The notes under the pieces: model-generated
Database searches by the model: none
The model's input: only the letters and a program-made list of their open reading frames with translations
What the model was told of the DNA's origin: nothing
Position numbers and translations under genes: made by a program
Assembly: GCA_964187785.1 (NCBI GenBank)
Contig: OZ076409.1
Span: 52,888,001 to 52,952,000, forward strand
DNA: 64,000 bases
Source of the DNA: Amphiscolops sp. MND2022
Lineage: Eukaryota
Direction of reading: 5' to 3'
In this document: one piece after another, positions 1-12,559 of the stretch
How the letters are laid out: each line of letters starts with the position of its first letter
How positions within the stretch are numbered: the first letter of the stretch is position 1

Positions 1-20
1 AGTTCTACATAACAACGAAT

Positions 21-2544
21 TTGGTTGAAGAATTCACAAGCCTCAGTAAACACCTCGAAAACTCATGTCAATTAGCTCTGAGGCAACCCCTCAAAGACAA
101 GCAACTCAGAGTTATGTCAGATGCAAGTTTCACAGCAGCAGGATATGCTATAATAGAAGAAGACGATCCAAACCAAAAGCTACAATCCAAACGCAAAACG
201 TATGCGCCTATAGCGTTTGGATCCAAAACTTTCAACCCAACACAAACAAAAATGTCAAAATATGCGAAAGAATTCCTTTCCATATATTTCACCTTTGTCG
301 AATTTGGACACCTCATGTGGGGTAGTACATTCCCCGTCATAGTGTTTACAGATAACAGATCAGTGACACGATTTTTTCAAGCAAAACTTATCCCTCCATT
401 ACTCTGGAATGCATGCGATTATGTTTTGCAAAACAGTTTCGTAATTGCCCATGTTGCTGGATCTATGAACACCGCAGCGGACTTCCTCTCACGAACGGAA
501 GTCAACCCCATCGAAAAACTTGAAATGAACATTCGCAACGATATACAAACTAAAGCGATCGAAGTCAACATACAATCGACAGGCATCGTCGAAGAAAAAC
601 AAATCTACATTCTTCCCGATGATGAAATTGAAGAAAACCAAATCTGGCAAGAAAAACTTAATGTACGCAATCAAGCTCAAAACGAAACACACAATGAACC
701 AAAAAACAGTGTAACAGAACTCCAAATTTTCCATAAACCAACATCTGGCTCAAATACCTGCTCAGAAGGCCACTTCAAAGACTATGCCAGAATCAGACTT
801 GAACAAAACAATGACATAATCCTCAGAAACCTTAGAGCTAAACTGGAAGGCAATCCCTTCGATGAAAATGACCTAGCATCCGACTACAGATATCAACACT
901 ACCTGCAAAATATCACCCGAATTGAAATCAAACAAGAAGTCCTAACACGACGATATCACACTAACACAGGAACAACATCACACTACCAAATTTTACTACC
1001 AGTACAGCTTTTGGAGGAACTCCTCCAAGCGTTACATGGACATAACTCAAACCACCCTGGTATCACTAAAATGATTCAGGAAGTTCGGCAAAAACATTAC
1101 TACCCATGTATTGCCAAATACATCAAAAAATGGGTTAGTAACTGCCAAATCTGCATCCAGACGAAAAAAATAAACAACGACCTCCTCCTCAAGACCGAAT
1201 TGCTGAATTGCACTGAATGGGACCTAGGTCCTGAAGACATCCTACAAATGGACATCCTCCCTAACCTCCCTAGTGGAGGGTACGATCACATTATCACGGC
1301 AATAGATGTTTTTTCACGATACTTGTTTGCCTATCCAGTAACACGCATTACTGCCACTGCAGTAGCACTAGTCATAATGGACATTCTCTGCAAGCACACA
1401 TACTTGCCAACAACCCTAATCACCGATTTGGGCACTCAATTCAACGCCCAAGTAACTCACGAAGTAGCCGCAATTTTGGAAATTGAACTCAAACACGCGA
1501 CAATGAAACACGCCAAAACAATTGGAATCCTAGAAAGGACACATGCTTCCGTAAAAACACAACTCAAAGCGGCAACGGGAGATTTCCGACACAACTGGCA
1601 CAAATTTCTCCCATTAGCAGTACTAAATCATAACACAACCTACCACGCATCATTAGGTTGTGAATCTTTACGAGTTTTTCATGGGAGAATACCCCATAAT
1701 ATACTCGATTACAAACTCGAATACAACCCTAACCCAAAATATCTACCACAAACAGATGTAGCAGAAGAGGTACAGCGACGCATGAAGGTACTTCTTGACC
1801 AAACGAAAAAGAATATAATGCAATTCTATCTCAAATACAAAGCCTATTACGATAGGAAAGCAAAAGCTTCCCCACTCGAAACGACGGACTACTGCTACAT
1901 ATTGAACCCGAAAGCAGATACTCAAGCAACAAAAATACCCTTTCGCGAATTCAGATGGCAAGGGCCATACAAAGTCGAAAAAGTGCTTCCAAACAATAAC
2001 TACATAGTTAGAAGGCTTGGAACCAATAGAACCCAATTGTTACACCGAATTCGTCTACGAAAATTTTCGTCCGAGAAACAGACTGGCAAAACGATGATCA
2101 GATGCCCATAGAGCATGATGACCTATACGCACAATCTTGGAATACAAACTTTGGTCCCAACCCGTTTGAAGACAACCCCCCAGAGTATTCACAAGATGTA
2201 GAAGATATTGAATACTTACCAACTACAGAACCCGAACATAACCACCCCCCCCCTCCCGCGAATTTGCACAAAATAGTGGGGGGAGCCCAGTGGAACAGAC
2301 CACTGAACCAGATCAAAATCACGAAATTCATACAGATGAAAACCCACAACAAACTAGTGAAGATGACCAAAATACCCAAAAATTGCAAAAAGAACCAAAT
2401 AATCCATCAGATAACAATACCCAAAAAACCCCAGAAAACTCCCAAAATACCCCATTGCAAGAAGAACCCATAAATACCCGTGGTGAAAAATATAACTTAC
2501 GTCCTAACCCCAACCCAAACTACTCTGATACAAATAGATATTAA
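21..2544 (+). pseudogene. pol: Gypsy pol C-terminal part (RNase H, HHCC zinc-binding, DDE integrase, GPY/F), tail frameshifted
   Basis: Motifs SDASF, FTDNRS and NTAADFLSR (RNase H); H..HPGITKM..CQIC; MDILP/TDLGTQF/ERTH; WQGPYKV. The tail continues in ORFs 2102..2473 and 2290..2544 and ends KYNLRPNPNPNY, like the end of B pol. Confidence 0.93.
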
Positions 2545-2773
2545 AAACCACTTAAAGACTCTGACTCCTACAGATACTAAGAAAACAAGTACAGAGGAAG
2601 TTTTCTTCTCCGCTGACTTCCTAAGCCCGCGCAATGCGCGATTAAGTATCCTTTTTATTTTCTGCTATGGAATAACTGTAGTACACCCAAATAAATACAC
2701 GGTGTCTACATAAAACAAATAACAAGATACCAAAACAAGCGTAAAAACGCAGTTTACAAAAAAAAGACTACAA

Positions 2774-5700
2774 TCAGTTTTTCTTGCACTTTAATGATGT
2801 GGAACTGTTTTTCTTCAACCCTCTTTCTTGATCGGTACTCGAACATCGATTGAGTGCAACATTGATACGGCCCAAAGAAAGATCTGGCGACGGAGAGCTG
2901 TTCACGCTACTCGTACGGCTTACACTGGGTGTGGTAGTAGTGGAAGATACTACGGGTCTCTCAAGTCGTAACACAGCTTTACGGTACCCCATCTCCATCT
3001 TGCCCTGCAATGAAACACGACGGGAATTGCTCCCTTTCAAAAGGTTCCAGATTGAGAACTTTTTATCAGAGAGTAATTCATCTCCTCGTCACAAAAGACG
3101 AAAGACATGACTTATGACTTTTGGGTCACGAAACAAGCTGGAAACGTGTGGTACAGTCTGAAAGGAGACCTGAAGGCTAACCACACATGACTGAAACAGG
3201 CTTTTATCTGAATTGAGATCTGGAACGGGTACATCAAATCAGGGAGGCACGTCCACTACTGGTGCAAGAGTTAGACACGAAAGCCTGAAGAGCCGCAATC
3301 ATTCAGGACGACACTGAATTTAATAGTGGGTTACCACAAATTGTAACCAGTCATCGTACTCCGGAGCAGGATCTGAACGTAATTTTGTCACAAATGATCG
3401 GTACTGGCTAACCACCCGCACCTTGTCATTGGAAGAAAACAACACAGCAGAGAAAAAAATGAGATGATAATTTTTAAAGGCTGTTGTATACACATCTTCA
3501 TGACTCTCGAGAACCACTGGGGAGTCGAAAGCAGACAACCCTCTGAGCAAATTGGATCTGACAACGTCGTAATTCATCAAAGTTTTACAAAATGCTTTGC
3601 AAAAATTAATAGACTGGTCGACAAACTTGCCGGGTCTGGGCAGTTTACTGGCTAAAACCAATTGATGAAAGTTTTCATTGAGAACAAAGTCATCACTGCT
3701 TTTGAATGGAATGGTGGATGAATCTAGGTCGAGATTGAGAAAAACATCCCAATCGGAACTGCTTCCCAGGATATGATCTGGCAGGATGTGTTGCAGTTGA
3801 GAATAAGTAAAGACTGCAAATTGATTGAAGAAACGAAATCCTCCATCGAGCCGCCTTTGAGTTTCAGAAAAGGCTGAATTGTCTGAAACAAATTAAAACG
3901 GTCAAAAGCAGCAAGCTAACATGTATTAGAGAACAACTTCAACTATGAATGCAACAAACTGTGAACATCCAATTCGGATCGTGAATGAAATTGCAATCCA
4001 AATCCACGTTTATACACCATTATGCGGAATTTAATTAGGCACACATCATAATTCATCATTTTAAAATGGGCATTATGCGGCACTGTGCGGATCGAGGTGT
4101 GACGACTATACGTCACTATGCGGATTGAGGTGTGACGATTATACGTCACTATGCGGACCTGAGTTTGATGACTATGCGTCATCATGCGGATTGAAGTGTG
4201 ATGATCATGCGTCACTATGCGGAACAAGCATGATGAACAATACCCCTCCATGCGAACTACGAAGAACAATCTAGACGACAGTATGCGTTTTGAGAACAGA
4301 CGATTATGCAGTATAATACGGAAAAGTGTACATTGTTACAGGGAAGAGTTTATTGCATTAACGAATGATAAGTTACGCTTTCCTTTAACAGGAAAAGGGA
4401 AATACCCGAGAATAAAGGACGGTTGTCCTAGTAGTGAGTCTAAGGAACCGACGTAGATTTTACAAAGAACAAAATCACAAGAAGAATTTGACGCTGTGCG
4501 AAACTGTTGGAATACAAAACATAGAAGTGAAAATAGAAGACACTAACAGTGATCAAGGTCGCACCGAATAATGAAAAGCCTGGCCAAGTAGGCTGTGTCA
4601 AGACGAAAGGACTCGTCGAGGGTATTTGGCTAAAAGAAACATAATAATAAGCAAGTGAAAGTTAGTTATGCCGGAAATAACAAAAGGAAGACTTACTTCT
4701 CTCATATGGAAACGGTATACGGGCAGCCTGGCGACGTGATTCAGGTGATCTCGTACTTGTTCCCAGTTGTTGGACAAAGTCTCGATGAGGCTTGAAGCTT
4801 CATCAAGGGTGTACTCCAATCGAAGGACGCACTAGAAAAAAAGGAAAATCTAGATGACGAATGGGCTAGCATAGAAAATATGGGAAAATACAAAACCTGG
4901 TGTAACAAGGTCAAATTCTGTAGCCAGTCCCGATCTAAGGCAGTTCTGAGTTTCATCAGCAAAAAGTCCAGGATAGTCCTGAAGTCGTGTCTTTCAATAA
5001 TTTGGACTGTGGGGGTGGCTAAACTGCGCTCAAATTCAGCAGGTCCATAGGAAGTTACAACTGAAGGAGGTTTGGCCCCGGGCAAAGTAGAAGTAAGACA
5101 TTCGTTGAGTTTATCTCCAAAGCCAATGAGAGACACACAGGTTGGAGCTGTCTCGAACAAACTCAAGAACGAAGCTACAAGAGAGAGAATTTTTCGTGGT
5201 AAGAGCATGCCACGAGGAGCCCCACCAATACAGTCCCGGTGTAGAACGTTCTCTGACCAGAAACAAAGGATCACGAAAGTAAAGGTAGTTGAATGCTGTA
5301 TGGCCAATGAATAGTGTCCTGAGGAAGATATGGCTCTGACGCAATATTCCATTAACTCTCGGAACATGTAGACTAGAAGGCCCTCAAATTAGAGAACCTA
5401 TTAACACCCCTGCATTTAAATGTGAAGTTGGGGATAGAAAGATGAGTTATGAAACTTACAAAAAGACGTTGCTGATTACAATTCTGAACAGACAAGTGGT
5501 CACTTGAGGTCAATCGTGTCAGTTCATCATACATTCCGGTTAAACTTGACACACTTCCTCCATATCTGAGTCCGAACTCCAAAATACTGATCTGAGACAG
5601 TATTTTCTCAGTGGGACTAGTTGCGGCACTGAAATCCGGGACTGATTCTTGCTCAACAAGTGGGCGGTATGAGTCAAGTTGTGGGGGGATCGGGTAAGTA

Positions 5701-7153
5701 TCTTTTGCCTTCTTCTTGGCATTCTGGAGAGCCGCACTTAGCAATTCCTTCTCGTCTTTGTCAGAGTCGCATTCCGGGTACCTCCATGCGGACACGTTGT
5801 TCTCTGACTAGATGTGAGTCGGAGCGATAATGAGAAATGAGCTCCAGACTACCGCGGCTCATAAGAGAAAGCTCAAACCGACACACACGACACCACCACT
5901 TGTAGGGCGATTTCTCCTTGTTCAATGGTCACGTGGCAGAGAACTTTAGAACTGGGTGTCGCTTGAACATGCTCCCGGTAAGGGAGTATTTGGGCCTACG
6001 ACGTTTGCCTCGAGAAGATGTGGCATGTTGGTCATTTCCTTCTAAAATGACTTCTGCACCCATGCTTCCTCCTACATCCTCCTGACTAGAGGTAGTAACC
6101 ATAGCTGTAGGAGTGAGGTCGTCTACCATGGTGAGACTCAGAGGTTGATTGATATCGATGCCTTCCCCACTAATGAGAGTTTGAGGAATTCGACCAAGTA
6201 CACTTGGCAAAACAAGAACTTCCTGTCGAGTGATGCTAAGATTAGGAAGAGTATTGGTCATCAAAGCATCTTCATTTGAGGCAATATTGAAAGAGTCAGG
6301 TCCTCCGTTTTCACCATGCCCAGAAGTTGCACCAGAAGCAATGGACGTTGGAATTGCAGAAGCCACTGTCTCATCTGGGTCCTGCTGAATAAAATGGCTA
6401 AATCCTGGAAGAGAGTTGTGTGGTACGCCGGAATAATCCTGGCTAGCGAAGACTTCCTGTGCAAATTCACTGAATGGTCGGTCCATGGTAGGTGAGTCAG
6501 ACACAACTCCAGGTGTGTCTTTTTTAGAAGAAGATTGAAGGTTTTCTTTTTGTCGAACCGTTTTGTCGCTTCCTTTCTCGAGCTTTTGGGAAACTGTGGG
6601 GTACTCGGGCTATCGCAGCCCTCCGCCTCATCAATTTGGAGAGGGCGACTGCTGGGGGTCTCTACAGCACTAGAATGTCCTAATGTCCGTGGGGTAGCGA
6701 CTTGCAATGGAGCTTAAACTTTATCTGGTGAGCTAGACGGCGTCACTTGGGCAGATTCTCGTTCGACTGAAAACAATAAAATATTTCCTTAAGAGAAGTA
6801 GAACATATTCCAGCAAGCGGAAATCGTTTTGTTATTTCCCGAAACCGGACGCGGGGACAGGAAATGACGAAGACAGCGGAAGCCGCTTAGAAATCAGAAT
6901 CAGAAACGTTTCGAAAAAGTTGAATTTGGTATTGGAAATTGTTTCTAGCCATATTCACCCTTTTTGCGGGCCAGGCCAGCCTTTGCAAAAAACCCCAAAA
7001 TTCAAACAAATCAAATCCAGAAGGAAATAAGTTGGACTTACGGGAAGGCTCAACTGGCAAGTCAGTGTTCCAGAAGTCATCCTGGTAAAGGGGGCCTCGT
7101 TCTTTTCGAGATCTCCGTTTGCTGAAGATATCTGACCCAGAGTTCGGTTTCAT
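2774..7153 (-). pseudogene. Element A antisense spliced accessory gene: C2H2 zinc finger plus hAT-transposase-like body, disrupted by stops and frameshifts
   Basis: Inferred exons ~6810-7153 (donor uncertain), 5460-6766, 4697-5397, 4548-4629 and 2774-3882, with GT-AG introns 5398-5459, 4630-4696 and 3883-4547. WWCRVC...HYRSDSH finger at about 5812-5892. Collinear with the B gene at 36319-40351. Confidence 0.8.
4081..4230. repeat. About 4.5 copies of a 33-bp tandem unit (CACTATGCGGATTGAGGTGTGACGATTATACGT-like) inside an intron of the antisense gene
   Basis: Units start at 4081, 4114, 4147, 4180 and 4213. Confidence 0.9.
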
Positions 7154-7570
7154 ATCGGGGTACAGAAGAAAACGACAAAGAGTTTTGACAGAGCGAAGGG
7201 GGACAAATGAGAATCAGAACAAGGAAGTGAGTCACAACAAAATGCTAAGTAAATGGATAGCTGGGCTCGGGTGAAGAAGTTACGACGAAAATTGAATCTG
7301 TAAAGACTGAAGACTGTACTATAAATGCTGATTTGACTGAATTTTAAAGAGGTTAACACGATGATACAACAAGGCGTGGCGTAAAAGGAAGGTAGAAAGC
7401 AAATGAAACAAATTGCGCTAATGTGTGAAAGAAATACTGGAATCTGATTGGATGATTAAATGTCAATTACGTCTGCCAGCGTGATTGATTGACTCGCCAT
7501 CACTCTGGATGCGAGAATATACACGAATACAGTACAGCGGAGTGAATTGGAACGATTTACTACGCGAAAG

Positions 7571-7720
7571 TATGCGGCATTATGCGGATAGTCTAGCGAT
7601 GAACATGCGGCAGTATGCCGAAGTGCAGAGACGAGTATGCGGCAGTATGCGGAATTACTAACTGAAGACTATGCGGCAGTATGCGGAACGAGTAGTGACG
7701 TATACGCGGCATCCTGCGGT
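7571..7720. repeat. Array of TATGCGGCAGTATGCGG dimers with about 33-bp period, between the divergent accessory genes of A
   Basis: Five paired TATGCGG-like motifs read directly. Confidence 0.85.
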
Positions 7721-8557
7721 TTTCGCTGTATGTGTTCGCAGAAATGGACCAATGCTAATATTGAGTGAATGAATCATTATTACATAACAAACTAAAGAAA
7801 CTAGGTGTTATTTGTCACAAATGGACGTCTGATGTTATTATTATGCATTGAATGTATGCATTTGTTGCTCTTTCGAACAAGATTTAATGTGTCATTGGGA
7901 TATCAATATGATACCTCAGTTAGAAACTCTTTTTATGTAATTCTATCCTTGATTTCATTCGTTTCATTAAAATTATTTGAAAAAACAACCATACGCACTT
8001 TTCAAGTGCGGGACTAAAACAAAACAAAATGCTTCTTGCAGTTGAAGTCTGTTTAAAACAGGATTCAACTAATGTGAACCCTCTTTTAATGATTTACATT
8101 TCTCTTTGCATCCAGTCATGCAAATTCGGATAAATATATTTTAGTTTCAGTAAATTGGCAAATCTTGTAAACCACATTTTCATTTCTTTTACTTTGATGT
8201 TAGGTTAAATTTGTTTATGTATCATTTGAAACTCCAATGAAACAGTGTGAAGAACGCTGAAGTGAGGAAATAAGGTGATGAAGAAAGGTGGAACACCTAA
8301 TATGGAATTTGTTTATGGCTTGATGCCGTTAAACCTCGTGATCAGAAACCCCGCAAAACCCTTATAAGGGAATGAAGAAGATCAGAGCATGACGAGCGAT
8401 GTTTTTCGCGGGTTTTTTACCCCTAAATAAGGGAGATTTCAAAAATCCCTCATCATATGGTCTTTGTAAAACTACAATACAGTCGCTTGAAAAACAAAAC
8501 TTCTTTTCCTTCAGCAGAACAAAACTTTGTCTAATATTTTCTCAACATTCTAAAGAA

Positions 8558-9625
8558 ATGAGCAACCTGCAATTTGTCCTGGAGGAAGACTCCCTCTATT
8601 CTCCAATATCCCTGGATGTGATAGACATTTCCAGCAACTCTGGAGACGAATTCTTGGTTGAACGCGGAAATGTGACACAGCTAGATGAACGATTTAGGGT
8701 CAATCAAATAACCCAAGATGCTATGACCACTTTCATGGGGGCAGCAACAGCGATGTTTTTCCCGTCAAGCAACGACCCCATCTTACAAGGCAACGTCATA
8801 GACACTACTGGAACTGGCATTGAGCAGGAACTAATGGAACTAATTGAGGAGAGCAGGATTGTTAGCCCTGTTTCGCTCACGTCCTTTGTTGACAGTGAGT
8901 TTGAGGAGGCCAACGAATCACCAGAGGAGCTTAGAGGAGACGGCCCCGACATTATGATAGTGAACAGTTACGGCCGCCCAACTGCAGCAATCCTTCCTAC
9001 TCCTCGTACGAACATTGTATAACCAGGAGGTGTTAAAGTGGTACCACCCACTTACCCACAAAACTACAATCCAGAAGCGTCAGCATTTCGCCCACAACAT
9101 AGAAATGCACATAATGACCAGGATTCCTCAGTAGGTCAAGTGTACAATATGGAGACCGCAGACACGCATGTTATGCCAACATTTGGAGGGGTGTCTGACA
9201 ATCTCGCAACTGCCAACATGACCCCTCTGATAATCCATTTGCCACCCAGAGGAGGACCTGACACCCTACAGGAACATAACCTCCCAATCTACCCAGGTGT
9301 GCAAGGGGGCTTTCCTTTTCACGTGGTACATAGTCCGAATGTGCTGTTCATCCCAATCGACGTTAGACGAAACTTCAGGCTTTTTCCAACAGTGATGCCG
9401 AATGTAGCTGGACACTGCGACCAATGTGGAAAGACTTATGATCAAGTTGCCCTCGAGACTTTGGGAAATTATCTAGCAACCACCACCTATGAAGGAGAGA
9501 CAGTAAGAGATCGTGGTGTCCGGTCACGAGCCTTCATTGACGGGTTCGAAGCTATCCTGTTCATCTTCAAAAGAGCGGGACTGTCTCAGCCTGTCAGCTG
9601 TGCTGGGTCCGAAGTGCAGCAGTGA
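8558..9625 (+). pseudogene. Element A sense accessory ORF (about 355 codons, one TAA at 9020-9022); acidic N-terminus with VIDISS, and a CxxC (HCDQC); ends inside the 3' LTR
   Basis: ORFs 8399..9022 and 9038..9625 are in the same frame, with an ATG at 8558. Confidence 0.7.
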
Positions 9626-11113
9626 ATGAAGAAGAACAGAAAGAGCTCTCACCCCGATGATTAAAACTGACACTAACCACCCAATTCCTTCTTGAAAACT
9701 TGCATAAACATTTTAATTGGGGGTTATTTATTTGATTTGTCATTTTGAAAGATGCTAAACAAATATCTTGAACAACCCTTTTTGTAATAAGTTTGCTCTA
9801 TGCATCAAAGGAGAGATAAAATGCATTAAAATTTGAGACAATTTACCTAGAAAGATCATTGCATGACTAATAGATTACGTAATGATATCGTTTTTTGAAC
9901 TCAACACCATTAAATGAACATTTGTGCTGATGACTATGCGTCATTATACGTTTTGAGCTTTGTTGAATAATCACAAACATGCCTTTTTTATAATTGAACT
10001 ATGCGGCATCCTACAGCCCGATGCCTGATGATTACTCGTCACTATGCGGACTACCACTATGCGGTACCCCGCGGTTTGATAAGTAACGTATACTCGTCAG
10101 TATGCGTTTTTAGCATGATAACCATTCAAAATGAGATATAACGTTATACATTTCAATTATTTTTCCGAGTACGCGCTTGACAGTCTCCAACGCAGTTTTC
10201 CAGGGTTTTTTTGGACCTATTCATCAGTTTTGAATGTGATATAAATATTCTGACGTAATGATGATGCTATCCTATTTTTGCCTCCCAGGCCAGCGTGATT
10301 CCTCTAAAAAGGAGTGTCATGCTCCCAATTTTTTTAAGTAAATTAACTTTAGCATAGATATTCATACCAATTTTGACCCTCACTGTGATCAGTTGCTATA
10401 ATCATCACTCTAACTAAACTGTAAAAGCAGTTTTTTCCAACATTAGCACCGTTTCTTTGAAATACCTTTTGGTATTTGGAATACTTCAAGACAATTCAAA
10501 TTCTTCCCCAACAACCAAAATACACCTTTTCGCTTGAGCAAGATGGGAAATAAGAGAAACAGAAGGTCCAGGAGACTGGCAACACCATCTCCTGACAGGG
10601 AATTGAGCGTAACACAAGTAGAAACACCTAATCCAGGTAATGTGACTTTAACTAATTCTAATGTTAATGTTCAAGAAGGTTTAGGTGAAAACAGCTCTTT
10701 AAATCAATTAACTGAACCCAGTTTACTCAACAGTGAAGTTCAAGTATGGACCCAAATAATGGAACAGAAGAATGATAGCAAAATCGAGAAAATGAGAGAA
10801 GAAATGGATAGTGAACTTGAGGCGATTTTGAGAGAAGTTAAATCAAATAAAACTGCATCAACAATGACAAACCCAAGGTCAGATTTCAACGAAATGCAAG
10901 ATTCACAACCTTTGGGATCCAAAACAGCCAAGTCTATAGGAGTTCACGCATCTAATAACGAAAACTCAGATTCTGAAAAAGACGATTTTCCTCTCAGAGC
11001 TTCTAAAATGAAAGACCTAAAGCATCCTGCGAAACCGCTATTCCGGAGCGAATCTGATGTAGATGCAACTATACATTCAGACGAAGAGTCTGATATAGAA
11101 GAGGATTATCACA
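9582..11113 (+). repeat. 3' LTR of element A (about 1.5 kb), containing TATGCG repeats and the gag N-terminal ORF from ATG 10543
   Basis: A PPT-like AAAAGAGCGGGAC precedes TGTCTCAG at 9582, and the LTR ends TTATCACA. The start is inferred by analogy to B because no 5' LTR is available. Confidence 0.65.
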
Positions 11114-12251
11114 TCAACATTTTACTATGCGGCATCCTACAGCCCGATGCCTGATGATTACTCGTCACTATGCGGACTACCACTATGCGGTACCCCGCGG
11201 TTTGATAAGTAACGTATACTCGTCAGTATGCGTTTTTAGCATGATAACCATTCAAAATGAGATATAACGTTATACATTTCAATTATTTTTCCGAGTACGC
11301 GCTTGACAGTCTCCAACGCAGTTTTCCAGGGTTTTATTGGACCTATTCATCAGTTTTGAATGTGATATAAATATTCTGACGTAATGATGATGCTATCCTA
11401 TTTTTGCCTCACAGGCCAGCGTGATTCCTCTAAAAAGGAGTGTCATGCTCCCAATTTTTTTAAGTAAATTAACTTTAGCATAGATATTCATACCAATTTT
11501 GACCCTCACTGTGATCAGTTGCTATAATCATCACTCTAACTAAACTGTAAAAGCAGTTTTTTCCAACATTAGCACCGTTTCTTTGAAATACCTTTTGGTA
11601 TTTGGAATACTTCAAGACAATTCAAATTCTTCCCCAACAACCAAAATACACCTTTTCGCTTGAGCAAGATGGGAAATAAGAGAAACAGAAGGTCCAGGAG
11701 ACTGGCAACACCATCTCCTGACAGGGAATTGAGCGTAACACAAGTAGAAACACCTAATCCAGGTAATGAGACTTTAACTAATTCTAATGTTAATGTTCAA
11801 GAAGGTTTAGGTGAAAACAGCTCTTTAAATCAATTAACTGAACCCAGTTTACTCAACAGTGATGTTCAAGTATGGACCCAAATAATGGAACAGAAGAATG
11901 ATAGCAAAATCGAGAAAATGAGAGAAGAAATGGATAGTGAACTTGAGGCGATTTTGAGAGAAGTTAAATCAAATAAAACTGCATCAACAATGACAAACCC
12001 AAGGTCAGATTTTAACGAAATGCAAGATTCACAACCTTTGGGATCCAAAACAGCCAAGTCTATAGGAGTTCACGCATCTAATAACGAAAACTCAGATTCT
12101 GAAAATGACGATTTTCCTCTCAGAGCTTCTAAAATGAAAGACCTAAAGCATCCTGCGAAACCGCTATTCCGGAGCGAATCTGATGTAGATGCAACTATAC
12201 ATTCAGACGAAGAGTCTGATATAGAAGAGGATTATCACATCAACATTTTAC
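10000..12251. repeat. Tandem duplication, 1126-bp unit (10000-11125 / 11126-12251)
   Basis: ORFs 10534 and 11660 are near-identical. The junction ...CATTTTAC|TATGCGGCATCC has 2-bp AC microhomology. Confidence 0.95.
10543..11113 (+). CDS. gag: gag N-terminal segment encoded in the LTR (MGNKRNRRSRR...EEDYH), truncated at the LTR end; copies at 11669-12239 and 14095-14665
   Basis: Basic N-terminus and a coiled segment. The frame meets the LTR end as codon+A, exactly as in B, where gag continues into the PBS. Confidence 0.6.
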
Positions 12252-12559
12252 GTTGGGCCATACGGGAACAGCATACGTTTGGGCCCTGCTCAAGTCTCAA
12301 AAATAGCAAGAGTATTTTGAAGCGTCATAGATTCTCTTTCGAATAAATTCTCAATTTCAAAGTACCAAAATAAGCCAAAGACCTTTTTGAAGGGGAGGGT
12401 GCATTATTTCCAATCATCCGCCTCCTCTTCGGTAATACACAATTTAATTCGGATATAATGTCAAAATTCGGATATAGTGCAATATTTTTGAGCCTCTGCT
12501 TCTTCTTTAGCAAAACACAATTTATTTTCATATATACCGTCAAAAGTATAAAAGTTTGA

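Larger units (their letters stand above)
1..11113 (+). mobile_element. Element A: large Ty3/Gypsy LTR retrotransposon, 3' half (RNase H-integrase, accessory genes, 3' LTR); 5' part off-window
   Basis: RNase H then integrase order in ORF 21..2111. The accessory region mirrors element B. LTR-type end ...TTATCACA at 11113. Confidence 0.9.

Noticed and set aside
4081..4230. CRISPR-like look of the 33-bp periodic arrays
   Set aside because: The units are degenerate tandem copies without unique spacers, the context is eukaryotic and there are no cas genes.
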